From a virus, in the IMG/VR virus record IMGVR_UViG_3300009068_004979: a DNA stretch of 64,000 nt. The stretch is one strand, 5' to 3'. The notes under the pieces were generated by a model that was given only the letters and a program-made list of their open reading frames with translations, did no database searches and had not been told where the DNA came from. How positions within the stretch are numbered: position 1 is the first letter of the stretch; each line of letters starts with the position of its first letter. The position numbers were made by a program, and so were the translations under genes. Below are positions 19,730 through 29,518 of the stretch, piece after piece.

Positions 19730-21436
19730 TTAATTTATTCTTTTCCACCCTTGTGACTCTAGATCTTCTATCTCAGAAAATTCTTTTTCACCATTACCAG
19801 AGAATACAATAGGTGGTGGTATGAAGCCCTCTTTGTTCTTCTCATTACTGTAAATTGAAGCTGGGTTAACAAAATATTTGATGCCATAGTCAAGTGGTTT
19901 GAGTTTAAGTGGTTTTTTATTATCATCAACTTCTACAATTTCAAAATACTTCTCTGTGAGCTCATTTTCTAAGATCATAAGCGTCCATACTAAACTCATG
20001 ACACGATCATCCCAACTATCAGCACCAGATTTTGCAGACCATGTACCATTGGGATGACGAACAAACCCTTTGAGTTCAATGAGTGTATTAATATCCCTAA
20101 TCTTTACAGATCTGAGTTCGTTGACCCAGTACCGCATGTTCATTACACCTTTGTATTTTGTGTTGGTGTGAGCTTGTACACCAATCTTTTTATAATCAGT
20201 ACCTGCAATCTTAGGCCCGTAACTCACCAGATTTTCATAGCCAAGAGTGTGTCGCAACTGGTCTACTACTTGTGCGCCACAATTATTTCTTTCAACTAGT
20301 GCTGGTGGTGAACCCCAATGTTGAAGAATTTCATGTAGCTTGGTTGTAAAATTGTATGGGCTAATGTTTCTATTGTGATATACTGCCACTTGTTTGATGT
20401 TGCGTAAATCTGTTATATCGAGAATTTGAGCTACGCTAGCAGCTTCGCCGACGCCTTCACTAATATCTACACCAACCACATACAAATTTTCTTTTTGCGG
20501 TTCTTCCCACATGAGGTAATGGCCGTCTTCGAAAATAAAATTTGGTTCAGTACATTCAGTTTTCAATTCTTCAAAAAGCTTTTCATCAACGGCGCTTTCG
20601 CCAGACTGTAGGAACACATTACCATACTCTTGATCAAATGCTTCGCGACTGCCCATGGATCGTATGGTGTGTTCTTTCCATTCTTCGTCACGACCGGGAA
20701 CTTCCCACCAATCAACTTTTTCTGCTTTCCAGCCATTGGTACCTTCTGTTGCTCCTGAATATAGTGTATGAAATAAATTACCAGTTCCATTGGGTGTACT
20801 GGCAACAAAGATTTTACTTCTCTTGGAGCTTGAAATAATTGGATATACTGATTTCCAAAATTCTTCAACCAGGTGGTTGTCAATAAAGGCCAACTCATCC
20901 AATATGAGAACATTGCAACTATCGCCTCGGCCTGCGTCACTACTGGTTGTAGATATGCCTATGCTACTTCCATTGCCTAGCACCATGGCAGTCTTTCCAT
21001 ATTCAACAGCACCTGGTTTCAAGTAGTTGGGCAATTGTTCGTACGCAAGCCTGATACGTTTGAATATATTAATTGCTGTCTGCTCTTTGTTGGCAACAAC
21101 AAGTATTCTCTGGTCTTCATAAAAACATGCAATCCACAGGGCATAGATTGTCATGAGAGTTGTTTTGCCTATTTGTCTTGATGCCAGACAAACAATAAAT
21201 CTACTGTCTCTCAAGCTTCTAAGAATTTTCTTTTGATAGCCATGCAATGCTATCTTCTCCTTGCCACGATCTAAGTTTATAATGTAGAAAAAATTCTCTG
21301 CAAAGTATAATATGTTCTTTCTGCACTTAGCTATATCTTTAACCCACTCTGGGTGCTCTGCATAATCAAAAGTAGCATCTGGCCGAGGCAGACTAGTGTT
21401 TCCTAAATAAAATTGATTCTCTTGTTTTTTAGGCAT
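19730..21436 (-). CDS. terL: Terminase large subunit gp17
   Basis: SRQIGKTT Walker A, LILDE Walker B, STPNG, FDQEY, GVDIS, DDRVMS. Confidence 0.97.
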   Translation of the reverse strand: MPKKQENQFYLGNTSLPRPDATFDYAEHPEWVKDIAKCRKNILYFAENFFYIINLDRGKEKIALHGYQKKILRSLRDSRFIVCLASRQIGKTTLMTIYALWIACFYEDQRILVVANKEQTAINIFKRIRLAYEQLPNYLKPGAVEYGKTAMVLGNGSSIGISTTSSDAGRGDSCNVLILDELAFIDNHLVEEFWKSVYPIISSSKRSKIFVASTPNGTGNLFHTLYSGATEGTNGWKAEKVDWWEVPGRDEEWKEHTIRSMGSREAFDQEYGNVFLQSGESAVDEKLFEELKTECTEPNFIFEDGHYLMWEEPQKENLYVVGVDISEGVGEAASVAQILDITDLRNIKQVAVYHNRNISPYNFTTKLHEILQHWGSPPALVERNNCGAQVVDQLRHTLGYENLVSYGPKIAGTDYKKIGVQAHTNTKYKGVMNMRYWVNELRSVKIRDINTLIELKGFVRHPNGTWSAKSGADSWDDRVMSLVWTLMILENELTEKYFEIVEVDDNKKPLKLKPLDYGIKYFVNPASIYSNEKNKEGFIPPPIVFSGNGEKEFSEIEDLESQGWKRIN

Positions 21437-21442
21437 ATATTG

Positions 21443-21454
21443 TATAAATACTTA
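21443..21454. promoter_or_regulatory. Overlapping divergent late promoters (TATAAATA on +, TAAGTA on -)
   Basis: TATAAATACTTA lies in the 20-bp gap between terminase and ORF 21457; the T4 gp55 consensus is TATAAATA. Confidence 0.75.
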
Positions 21455-21456
21455 AG

Positions 21457-22401
21457 ATGAACAACACAAGAACGCTAGTAGAGATGGGTGATTTCTATGA
21501 AAAGAATATCATCGAGGAGAAGAAATCAGTATTCCCTCCCAAGGGTACTTTTGAGTTAGCCACGGCTAAGAAAGCTGGTCCTGGTGAAGCTAAAAAAGAT
21601 CCTTTTGTTGATACCAAGGGTTCTGGTCCATGTGCTGAAGGCAATGGATTTGATGAGAAAAAGCTACTTGATCCAAAGAAAACAAAAGGTAAAGATTTTC
21701 CTCAGACAGCTAAATTTTCTGCTGATACTGTAAATATTACAAAGACTCTTGAAAAAACAGAATCAGAAACAATAAATAATTTTATGAGCAAATCTATATT
21801 TGATAAACTATATGAAGAAGTGATGGGGGGTCACGAAGATGAGGCCGACGCAGCAGCCCTCGGATTACCTGCTGAAGTTGGAACACCTGAAGGTGAAAAA
21901 GAAGAAGAAAAGAGTTTAAAAACCATTCTTGCTGATGCTATTGCATCATTGCAGAAGGTACATGATGCTCTTCCTGCTGATCTAGAATCAGAAGAGAAGG
22001 GTGGTGAAGAAGCTTCTGACGAAGAAGGTTCCGATGAAGATGCTGAACAAGCATTTGCTCCTTCTGAAGACGCCGAAGCCAAAGCTAAGAAGGATGAAGA
22101 AGAAGATGAAGAAGCCAATGAAGCAACTGAAATGAAAGAAGTTCCTGCTTCAGCTGGTGAAGGTCTTGCAAAAGTTGGTGGCGCAGCCAATCAAGTTGGT
22201 GACGAAACAAAAAAGCTCGTCTCCAAGGGTGGCGGCGATGGTAAGATCAAAGATGGTATCGATGCTAAAGGTGAAGATAAAGGTCATTCTTTAGTTGGTG
22301 CCGGTGTTAAGGGTGGTGCTCCTACATCAGTTAAAGGTAAAGCTAATGTAGTTAACTCCAAGACATCCAAAGTTGGTGCTTATCTAGCTGGTCTAAAATA
22401 A
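21457..22401 (+). CDS. Acidic low-complexity late protein, probable prohead core/internal protein
   Basis: 314 aa, E/K/G-rich; TATAAATA 21443-21450; followed by a strong terminator. Confidence 0.7.
   Translation: MNNTRTLVEMGDFYEKNIIEEKKSVFPPKGTFELATAKKAGPGEAKKDPFVDTKGSGPCAEGNGFDEKKLLDPKKTKGKDFPQTAKFSADTVNITKTLEKTESETINNFMSKSIFDKLYEEVMGGHEDEADAAALGLPAEVGTPEGEKEEEKSLKTILADAIASLQKVHDALPADLESEEKGGEEASDEEGSDEDAEQAFAPSEDAEAKAKKDEEEDEEANEATEMKEVPASAGEGLAKVGGAANQVGDETKKLVSKGGGDGKIKDGIDAKGEDKGHSLVGAGVKGGAPTSVKGKANVVNSKTSKVGAYLAGLK
21773..21778 (+). promoter_or_regulatory. Internal late promoter for in-frame ATG 21784
   Basis: ATAAATA-ATTTT-ATG, the same spacing as the other late promoters. Confidence 0.6.
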
Positions 22402-22424
22402 CATTAGATAACCAAATATAGATT

Positions 22425-22462
22425 AAAAAAGGGCCTTGACGCAAGTTAAGGCCCTTTTTTTT
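22425..22462. terminator. Intrinsic terminator (potentially bidirectional)
   Basis: A6-GGGCCTTGAC-GCAA-GTTAAGGCCC-T8: 10-bp stem with one G-U pair and a GNRA tetraloop. Confidence 0.92.
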
Positions 22463-22476
22463 GCTTAAATAATATT

Positions 22477-22803
22477 GTGCAAAGCTTTCGTAATTTCTTT
22501 AATAAGACTGGTGCGGGAGTAGAACATCGTCATATGAAAGATGTTGTACCAGATGCATCTTCTCATCCACAAAGCCCTGGTAAAACAGTACCAGAATATA
22601 TACGCACAAAGAATAAGAATCAAAAAGTCGAGCAGCTCAAAAAGCAGCAAAGTGGTAGAATAACACTCAATAAAAGCGATATTGCACAGATACAGAGTGA
22701 ATTTCAAGCTCAGCTAGACATCCATAAACCAAAAAAACTAGGCAATACAGGCATAACTTTACGCTACGATGCGTCAATAAATGCGCCTATCTTGGAGAAA
22801 TAA
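22477..22803 (+). CDS. Late hypothetical protein
   Basis: 108 aa; TAAATA 22466-22471; N-terminus MQSFRNFF. Confidence 0.7.
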   Translation: MQSFRNFFNKTGAGVEHRHMKDVVPDASSHPQSPGKTVPEYIRTKNKNQKVEQLKKQQSGRITLNKSDIAQIQSEFQAQLDIHKPKKLGNTGITLRYDASINAPILEK

Positions 22804-23544
22804 ATGGCAAATGAGCTGATAGCAATGGATCAGTATACAGGTAACAATACACCTAACGTATATCCTTTTGCTTTTGTTGACAATGAATGCTTTCGTTATA
22901 CTAACAAAGAAAATAATGCTTCAGAAAGAAATGTATACTCTAACTATTTCAGAGAGCAGATTAATTTATATGGTCAGAAAATAGGTTATTATGTAAACAA
23001 TTTTAACTTGTTATCCGCAGATAATCTGTACGGTGAACAACCAACACAGAAGTTTTCTCCGCCCCAATATATCATAATGGCTATCAATTTAAATGAAAAC
23101 GCTACTATGCTAAGCAAATATGGATTGATAGCAGAAGATGAGATCACAGCTTTTATACACATAAGCGCGTTCTATGAAACATTTGGCTACCAAGCTGAAC
23201 CAAAATCTGGTGATGTATTCCAGCTTGTTGAATATGGTAGTGATAGACCTGGAGGCAGAAATGGTAATTATTATGAAATAACACAGAGATTGGATCAAGA
23301 TATAGCTCAAATTAACCCACTCATGGGTCATTATGTTTGGTTGATTAAAGCTAAACGTTTTGAATATTCCTTTGAGCCTGGTTTATCTGGCTCAGCTCAA
23401 AACCAGCAAATATTTGACGATACTAAAAATCCTGCAGCATCAGGTGCTACTAAGCCATATGACTACAGCGCAGACATTGCATCAAGACAAATATTTGATT
23501 ATACACAGACTGACTATGGTGATGTGTACGGTGGCTACTACTAA
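22804..23544 (+). CDS. Neck/head-closure protein (gp14-like)
   Basis: EQINLYGQKIGYY, DNLYGE, LSKYGL, EPKSGD, AKRFEYS. Confidence 0.8.
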   Translation: MANELIAMDQYTGNNTPNVYPFAFVDNECFRYTNKENNASERNVYSNYFREQINLYGQKIGYYVNNFNLLSADNLYGEQPTQKFSPPQYIIMAINLNENATMLSKYGLIAEDEITAFIHISAFYETFGYQAEPKSGDVFQLVEYGSDRPGGRNGNYYEITQRLDQDIAQINPLMGHYVWLIKAKRFEYSFEPGLSGSAQNQQIFDDTKNPAASGATKPYDYSADIASRQIFDYTQTDYGDVYGGYY

Positions 23545-23816
23545 TCGGATCTTTCCAAGCTATCGTAATCTGGCAATTCTTCTTGACGGTGTTTGGCAAT
23601 GAATTTATCTCCCTGTCTGCAAGATTCAAATTGCATCTCAACTGCGGGGCCTCCGCGACAGACAAAGTTATACATGACACCATTTTCGGTTCTTTTGATA
23701 TTAATAAGTGAATATGTTACACCGGGTTTAAAATTTTTCTCACCGCGAAAAAAATTCTTAGGATCAACGCGTTGAGCTGGTGTTACTTTGAGATTGGTTC
23801 CAATGATGTAGTGCAT
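23541..23816 (-). CDS. Hypothetical protein
   Basis: 91 aa ORF at the end of a minus-strand operon. Confidence 0.6.
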   Translation of the reverse strand: MHYIIGTNLKVTPAQRVDPKNFFRGEKNFKPGVTYSLINIKRTENGVMYNFVCRGGPAVEMQFESCRQGDKFIAKHRQEELPDYDSLERSD

Positions 23817-24097
23817 TTTACTTTTACTGGTATGCTAGTGATAGTGCTCTTATCAAACAACTCTACTTCATCTACCATAGAATCAAATCGCTCGGTAATA
23901 TATTTTTGAAATGAAAGTGGTTTGACCCAATCTACGTCTTTCAAATCTACCTTCATTTGAGCAGCTTTTTTATTCACATGCTCCAATGCTTCTAGTAGAC
24001 AAATCCATCTACTGTATTCATCAACTGTTAATTGATGATTCTTCGTTTTAGTTTCAACTGTTATGTATTTTTTTGAATGTTCCGATTGCATATCCAA
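23783..24097 (-). CDS. Hypothetical protein
   Basis: 104 aa; WVKPLSFQKYITER. Confidence 0.65.
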   Translation of the reverse strand: MDMQSEHSKKYITVETKTKNHQLTVDEYSRWICLLEALEHVNKKAAQMKVDLKDVDWVKPLSFQKYITERFDSMVDEVELFDKSTITSIPVKVKCTTSLEPISK

Positions 24098-24506
24098 GGA
24101 TTATCAAGGAAAGCTTCCTAGCGTCAAGAATATTCTTCTCCTTGTTTAAAGTCGTCAGTAAAGTGTAGTAGGATTCTAGTAAAGCTTCAGCACCTTTATG
24201 AGCCTGCACAGTGGCACTCACTGTCTGATCTTTTAACGCCTCATCAATTGTACCAGCACGTATGCTCTTTGTTAAATGGTCTATTACCAAGCTGATAATG
24301 CTTTTAATAAAGGTACGTTCATTGGATATATCTTTCTTGAAATATGCTAATCCCTCATCTAGAGATGCAAGATCTTTATACTCCAGACCACTCTTTATGC
24401 TATGTAATATTTCGTCAAAATTAATTTTAGCTCGAGCTTGGGTAGGATTAAATTTGTCGTTTTGTGTGGTGGTAGTTAAATTGGAAATGCTTTCAGGTAT
24501 ATCCAT
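24054..24506 (-). CDS. Hypothetical protein
   Basis: 150 aa; TAATG coupling to the upstream gene. Confidence 0.65.
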   Translation of the reverse strand: MDIPESISNLTTTTQNDKFNPTQARAKINFDEILHSIKSGLEYKDLASLDEGLAYFKKDISNERTFIKSIISLVIDHLTKSIRAGTIDEALKDQTVSATVQAHKGAEALLESYYTLLTTLNKEKNILDARKLSLIILGYAIGTFKKIHNS

Positions 24507-24955
24507 TATGATGCTTTCTGCTTGACTTGCTGTTCAACAAGTTTATTAAAGATTGCTTCAACATCACCTGTTGCAGTATTCGCAATAGGCTCTGTTACCA
24601 GTGCTGTCTCTGCTGCAAGCACAATACCTACAGTCTTGCTACACTCTTTGCATTTGTAGTAATTGGAAGAGTTTAATTTTACAGGAACGAAGTCTTTTAT
24701 CTTCTTGGAACAAGGACACTCAACAGCAAGGCCCTGGTAGGAGAACTCTTTGATGCGTTCATTCTCTAGCTGCTTATTTTTAAGTGTAGCATATACTTCC
24801 AGTCCATATGAAAAAGCACGAAAGACAGCAAATTGTATCACAACACCAAAAGCAATGCCAAGGTAAAAATTTAAACTAACAGCGTTAAACAACAAGCCAA
24901 AGCATAATGCAACGGCTATAATAATACATAGCTGCGATACCAATCGTCTGAGCAT
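24506..24955 (-). CDS. Membrane protein with zinc ribbon
   Basis: Two N-terminal hydrophobic segments, then CPC...CKEC; sigma70-like promoter upstream. Confidence 0.7.
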   Translation of the reverse strand: MLRRLVSQLCIIIAVALCFGLLFNAVSLNFYLGIAFGVVIQFAVFRAFSYGLEVYATLKNKQLENERIKEFSYQGLAVECPCSKKIKDFVPVKLNSSNYYKCKECSKTVGIVLAAETALVTEPIANTATGDVEAIFNKLVEQQVKQKAS

Positions 24956-24961
24956 ACGTTT

Positions 24962-24989
24962 ATTATACGAGATTTTTCTACTTAATCAA
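24962..24989 (-). promoter_or_regulatory. Early/middle promoter of the 24955 operon
   Basis: TTGATT-N16-TATAAT-N6-ATG. Confidence 0.75.
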
Positions 24990-25362
24990 CAATATTTTCT
25001 AATGAATCGCTAATCTGCTTTATTTCGTCAATAATATTGCCAAGCTTGCTAATGATGGTGTCAACGCTTGCTTTTGCTTTCTCTTTCTTATTGATCAATG
25101 GATACTGCATAGCTTGTTCAAAAAGCCGTTTAGAATTGGCAGCATTCACATACAAAGAAGATAACTCGTTGAGTACGTTAGAAATAGGATACGGTAATGT
25201 TTTTTGTGCCTTGGCATCATTTGGATACTGGCTGGTAGACATGGTTTTATCGAATAAATCTCTGAGTGACAACCTTTGAGCATTGATTTCTCTTGATGAG
25301 ATACCTTGTGTCCATTTGTTAAATTGCATGGTCATATCTTCAAAAACGATCTTCTTTTTCAC
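24982..25362 (-). CDS. Late hypothetical protein
   Basis: 126 aa; TAAATA 5 nt before GTG; MKKKIVFED. Confidence 0.7.
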   Translation of the reverse strand: MKKKIVFEDMTMQFNKWTQGISSREINAQRLSLRDLFDKTMSTSQYPNDAKAQKTLPYPISNVLNELSSLYVNAANSKRLFEQAMQYPLINKKEKAKASVDTIISKLGNIIDEIKQISDSLENIVD

Positions 25363-25395
25363 TGAATTATTTAATCTAATGTAATAAATAATAGT

Positions 25396-25791
25396 ATGAG
25401 CAACTTTGAGAAAATATTTAAAACTGTGTTAGAAGCAGACGAGCCACAAGCAGCTCCAGTAACTGATAAAGAAGCTATGGCACAGCAGTTAGATACAGCA
25501 AAACCAGAAGATTTTGATGTTCAGGTAGCTAAAAGAGCAGAACAAATTGATCACAACAAAGTTGAGCAAGTGGGAAAACTTAAAGAGTGGATTGGCAGAA
25601 TCGATGAATTTATTAATTATTTGAACGGTACAGATGGTGCTTCCATTCAAGCTCAGCTACACGCTGCACCATGTGATACAGCTTTTGAAGAAATTGCTCG
25701 TAGTGAAAAGAAGAAGATTGCTCGTCTTGCTGCTGAACTTAGCTCTCTAAGTGAATCCTTGAAGGGCTATCTAATTTCTTCTAACGACTAA
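25396..25791 (+). CDS. Late hypothetical protein (putative head internal)
   Basis: 131 aa; TAAATA 25385-25390; MSNFEKIFKTVLE. Confidence 0.75.
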   Translation: MSNFEKIFKTVLEADEPQAAPVTDKEAMAQQLDTAKPEDFDVQVAKRAEQIDHNKVEQVGKLKEWIGRIDEFINYLNGTDGASIQAQLHAAPCDTAFEEIARSEKKKIARLAAELSSLSESLKGYLISSND

Positions 25792-26815
25792 TTACTGATA
25801 GTACCAGCTTAGCTTTTAAATCACTATGCGAATTGCAGATTAAAAATTCAGGATCTAGCTGGTTAATATTTTTTGCTATACACAAATCGTTAATATCCTT
25901 ATACTGCTTGCCTTTGCTTTCAGGCCAAATGAACACACTCTCGCCAATGTTTACAAGCTTTTCTGTTTTCTTTCTGCTAGCTTTATCAATCCACTGCGAA
26001 TCGAGTACCCATATTCGTTTGTGAAATTTATATTGTGATATCTGACGCTCTTGTAGTGGTGTAAATGTATTGTAGCTATCCTCCTGAATACCTGCTACAG
26101 CTGTGCCGTTTTTAACAAAAAAAGAATTTATAGGTCCTTCAAAAATAAAAATATAATCAAGCTCTGCGCTTACCTTATTAATGTTATAGAGTGAGCGTTC
26201 ACCGTTTATTTTACTCAAATATTTTGGTCTTAAGCGCATATCTTTATCATAAATTGCACGAGTTTGGTAAAATATAATGTCGTTGCTCTCACTGTAGAAT
26301 GGAATTACAAGTCTGTTCTTATGCACGGGATCAACAAGAGATATCCAGAGTGTATCCGGTCGATTCACTGCAGTATCAAGTTTTCTATTCTTAATAATAT
26401 TAAGAGCATCTTTTACAACAGCATTATTTGAGTAGTACAATAGCTGACTCTTATCAAATAAGTTTATAGAATCTGCTGGCAGACTTTCTGTATTCTTTCT
26501 TACTACAGGTGCAATCTCATCTTTAAGAATATCAAGCGGCAGTACATCATAGTTCTTGGTTTCATCTATTATTTCAGGTAATGATAACCCGGACACTTCT
26601 TGAATCCATTTGCTTGGGTTGCTGTACCACCCACAATTATGACAGCATATGGCATTATTTTCTACAATATAATAACAGCGTCTTTTCTTACCCCAAGAGC
26701 GACCTTCACGGCAAATAGGGCAGCTGGCTTCATATGTATTCGATAGCCTTTTAAAACGAGGCGAACCTGCGTATTGATAAAATTTCTGAACAATATAATC
26801 CTGAGGAAGAATCAC
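25781..26815 (-). CDS. DNA primase gp61-like
   Basis: CPIC...CHNCG zinc finger, RLVIPFY, FEGPINS, TOPRIM VLD, KDIND. Confidence 0.92.
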   Translation of the reverse strand: MILPQDYIVQKFYQYAGSPRFKRLSNTYEASCPICREGRSWGKKRRCYYIVENNAICCHNCGWYSNPSKWIQEVSGLSLPEIIDETKNYDVLPLDILKDEIAPVVRKNTESLPADSINLFDKSQLLYYSNNAVVKDALNIIKNRKLDTAVNRPDTLWISLVDPVHKNRLVIPFYSESNDIIFYQTRAIYDKDMRLRPKYLSKINGERSLYNINKVSAELDYIFIFEGPINSFFVKNGTAVAGIQEDSYNTFTPLQERQISQYKFHKRIWVLDSQWIDKASRKKTEKLVNIGESVFIWPESKGKQYKDINDLCIAKNINQLDPEFLICNSHSDLKAKLVLSVISR

Positions 26816-26851
26816 TACTATAGGTTACAGGCACCTAAGAAAAAAACAAGA

Positions 26852-27040
26852 TTATTTTTTCTCAGGCTGAGGCAAATCTCTGACAGAAACAACGCCTTTG
26901 CGGATAAAGGAGCCACTAGATGGGTCGATATAGTGAGCTTCAACAATTTCTTTATTGTCACGAATGTAAGTTTTTAATTGCGGCTTAACAGGTTGTCCGC
27001 TAATAGGTGAAACAATGATTTTTGGTTCAATTAAGTCCAT
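26852..27040 (-). CDS. Small late protein, zinc-ribbon-like without cysteines
   Basis: 62 aa; SPISG and DPSSG knuckles; TAAATA 5 nt upstream. Confidence 0.7.
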   Translation of the reverse strand: MDLIEPKIIVSPISGQPVKPQLKTYIRDNKEIVEAHYIDPSSGSFIRKGVVSVRDLPQPEKK

Positions 27041-27070
27041 ACTAGTATTTACTCTGATAGTTTGTTTATT

Positions 27071-27334
27071 CTAGCTTTTATTCTTCTTATATTGCTTAAC
27101 ACATGTACCATACACATCTGCAGGTAGTTTCTCGACTATATCAATAATTTTATGTTTTAAGCCATGGCTAAAATTTTCTATTGTTGTATTGCGTAATTGC
27201 ATTTCAGGTAATGCAAGAAAACAATGTTCATGCTGCTGATCTTCAATATATACCCACATTTCTCCCAAGTATTTACCTTGAGTTACAGCGTACAGATACT
27301 TCTTTTTAGGATGACTGGTTGTAAAAATTCTCAT
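27071..27334 (-). CDS. Hypothetical protein
   Basis: Start likely ATG 27334 (MRIFTTSHPKKKYLYAV), which shortens the overlap with rmlB. Confidence 0.6.
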   Translation of the reverse strand: MRIFTTSHPKKKYLYAVTQGKYLGEMWVYIEDQQHEHCFLALPEMQLRNTTIENFSHGLKHKIIDIVEKLPADVYGTCVKQYKKNKS

Positions 27335-28295
27335 TGTGCCGATCTGTGTACCACTGTATGGTACATAACATATTAGCTTCAAATAAATTTTCATCAACTG
27401 ACCAATCGAGCTCTTTGGATATTTTTTTAGAGCAAATTCTATAGGCTTGATCATGACCTTTTCTGTCTTCTACAAATGTGATTAAGTTCTCGCTTTTGCC
27501 GAGCATGTTGAGAATTAGCTTGATGATAGCGATGTTTGTATATTCACCAATTGTGCTAACGTTGTATATTTCGCCAGGTAAGCCCTCTAGAAAAACATTA
27601 AGAATAGCTCTGCAATGATCTTTAACATATATCCATTCACGTGTATTCGTGCCATTACCATACACAGGTATTTTTTTGTCACACAATGCATTCAGGATAA
27701 CTTTAGGCAGTAATTTTTCATGATGCTGATAGGGGCCATAGTTGTTGCTACACCTTGTAATATTCACATGCATACTATGTGTCTTGTAGTAGGACATTGC
27801 AAGCAAATCTGCAGATGCTTTAGATGCAGAGTATATAGAGCTAGGGTTTAACCTTTCGGTTTCGTCAAACATATCCATATCAGAAGCTGATCCATATACT
27901 TCATCAGTACTAATTTGCAGAAACTTCTTAATGTTATGCTTTTTGCTAAGTTCTAGCAAATTAAACGAACCTACAATATTGGAATAAACAAAAGGCTCTG
28001 GTCCTGAGATGCTATTATCTACATGGCTCTCAGCAGCTACATTAATGACACCGTCTATTTTATTATCATTAAAAATAGAACCAAGAGCCGCAGCATTTGC
28101 GATATCTACGTAGTAAAATTTAATTCTGTCTTCATTATGATTATTTTGTTGTGTAAACTTGCTAATATTTCGAGCATCTGCTGCATAGGAGAGTTTATCT
28201 GCTACAAGAATTCGATAATCTGTTTCCTTGAGAAGTAGCTCTAATAAATGAGTACCAATAAATCCACAGCCACCAGTAACAAGAACCGTTTTCAT
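27306..28295 (-). CDS. rmlB: NDP-glucose 4,6-dehydratase (RmlB/RfbB)
   Basis: VTGGCGFIG, AAESHVD, ISTDEVYG, YSASK, NNYGPYQ, DRKGHD. Confidence 0.95.
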   Translation of the reverse strand: MKTVLVTGGCGFIGTHLLELLLKETDYRILVADKLSYAADARNISKFTQQNNHNEDRIKFYYVDIANAAALGSIFNDNKIDGVINVAAESHVDNSISGPEPFVYSNIVGSFNLLELSKKHNIKKFLQISTDEVYGSASDMDMFDETERLNPSSIYSASKASADLLAMSYYKTHSMHVNITRCSNNYGPYQHHEKLLPKVILNALCDKKIPVYGNGTNTREWIYVKDHCRAILNVFLEGLPGEIYNVSTIGEYTNIAIIKLILNMLGKSENLITFVEDRKGHDQAYRICSKKISKELDWSVDENLFEANMLCTIQWYTDRHNENFYNQSS

Positions 28296-29155
28296 TATTT
28301 TTGTAGACTAAGAGCGCTAGCACAAAGCTCTATAGATTGACGAGCTTGAGGAAGTCTTAATCCTAATTTATCAATTTTTTCTGTAGATATAACACAGTTG
28401 GATCTATTGGCCTTGAGGCTCAGATGCTCTATTTCTACAAATTTCCAATTAGGATTCTGTAGGCCATATTCTTTTAAAATCAAAACTATTTGCTTGGCTT
28501 CAAGTGCAAAAGGATTAACAACATTATAAATGCCCGGGCTAGTAATATGGTATTGTTGATTAATAAATTTTTCAATAAAAACGCAAAAATCTTCTAAATT
28601 AGTCATGCTATTTTTATATGAAATTAAATTATCATAATTCAAGAGCTTATTAAGATAATTTCTTGGGGAATTATATTTGCAGAAAGGCATGCGCAGTCTG
28701 AATACTGTAGTATGTTTTTTATCTAAAGTAATTTCTGCCAGATGCTTGGATTTACTATATGTGCTACTCGAGGCAGTATATAATCCAAAATTTGGTACAT
28801 CTTCTTCTGTATAATCCTTTTCATATCCTGTATAAATGCAGCCACTAGAAATGTTGATAAAGGGAATGCTGCACTCTTTAGTTGCAAGCTCTAGAATAAT
28901 TGGCAGTACACTGTTATAAAGCATACATTTGTCTTTCTCGTTCTCACATGCATCGACATTAGGCTTGCCTGTCATGCCGGAACAGTTTATGACAACTCTT
29001 GGCTTTAGCTCTTGAATTTTTGCTTTGACTAAGCTTAGATTAAAATAATTAAACTCTGCATGAGACAAGCAAACAACCTTTGAGGATTTTGATTGTAGAT
29101 ATTTTGTTAAATGCAAGCCTACAAAGCCTTGCCCAAAGATGAGTATGTCAGTCAC
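28295..29155 (-). CDS. NDP-4-keto-6-deoxyglucose epimerase/reductase (RmlD/UER1-like SDR)
   Basis: GQGFVG, GMTGKPNVDACE, SSGCIY, YSKSK, RLRMP. Confidence 0.85.
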   Translation of the reverse strand: MTDILIFGQGFVGLHLTKYLQSKSSKVVCLSHAEFNYFNLSLVKAKIQELKPRVVINCSGMTGKPNVDACENEKDKCMLYNSVLPIILELATKECSIPFINISSGCIYTGYEKDYTEEDVPNFGLYTASSSTYSKSKHLAEITLDKKHTTVFRLRMPFCKYNSPRNYLNKLLNYDNLISYKNSMTNLEDFCVFIEKFINQQYHITSPGIYNVVNPFALEAKQIVLILKEYGLQNPNWKFVEIEHLSLKANRSNCVISTEKIDKLGLRLPQARQSIELCASALSLQK

Positions 29156-29176
29156 CCTAATATTATATGCAATTAA

Positions 29177-29518
29177 TTACGAATCTCCAGAGTCTTCTTT
29201 AGAATGCAGATGTGTAAAAAATTTATTAACTAGTGTTGCTAGTGAATCTGCTTCTTGTTGATTGTGTGCGAAAATTGTTTGCACAGGCTCACCTTCCATG
29301 GTGTAGCCTAGAATGATAAACGAGTTTAAAAACTCTTGAACTGTTTCAGTAAGAGCTGCTATATTCTGACGATTATGAGCCTTTTCTTTTATTTGATGCT
29401 GAAGAAATGTATTTAAAGCTCTCTTAGCCAATTCATTTACATCCTTGTTCTCACCAGGCTGAAAAGTTTCAGCACTATTCTTGGCTGACTTTTTGGATGG
29501 TTTCTTGTCTCTCATCAT
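29177..29518 (-). CDS. Late hypothetical protein
   Basis: 113 aa; TAAATA 29522-29527 inside the upstream gene. Confidence 0.7.
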   Translation of the reverse strand: MMRDKKPSKKSAKNSAETFQPGENKDVNELAKRALNTFLQHQIKEKAHNRQNIAALTETVQEFLNSFIILGYTMEGEPVQTIFAHNQQEADSLATLVNKFFTHLHSKEDSGDS

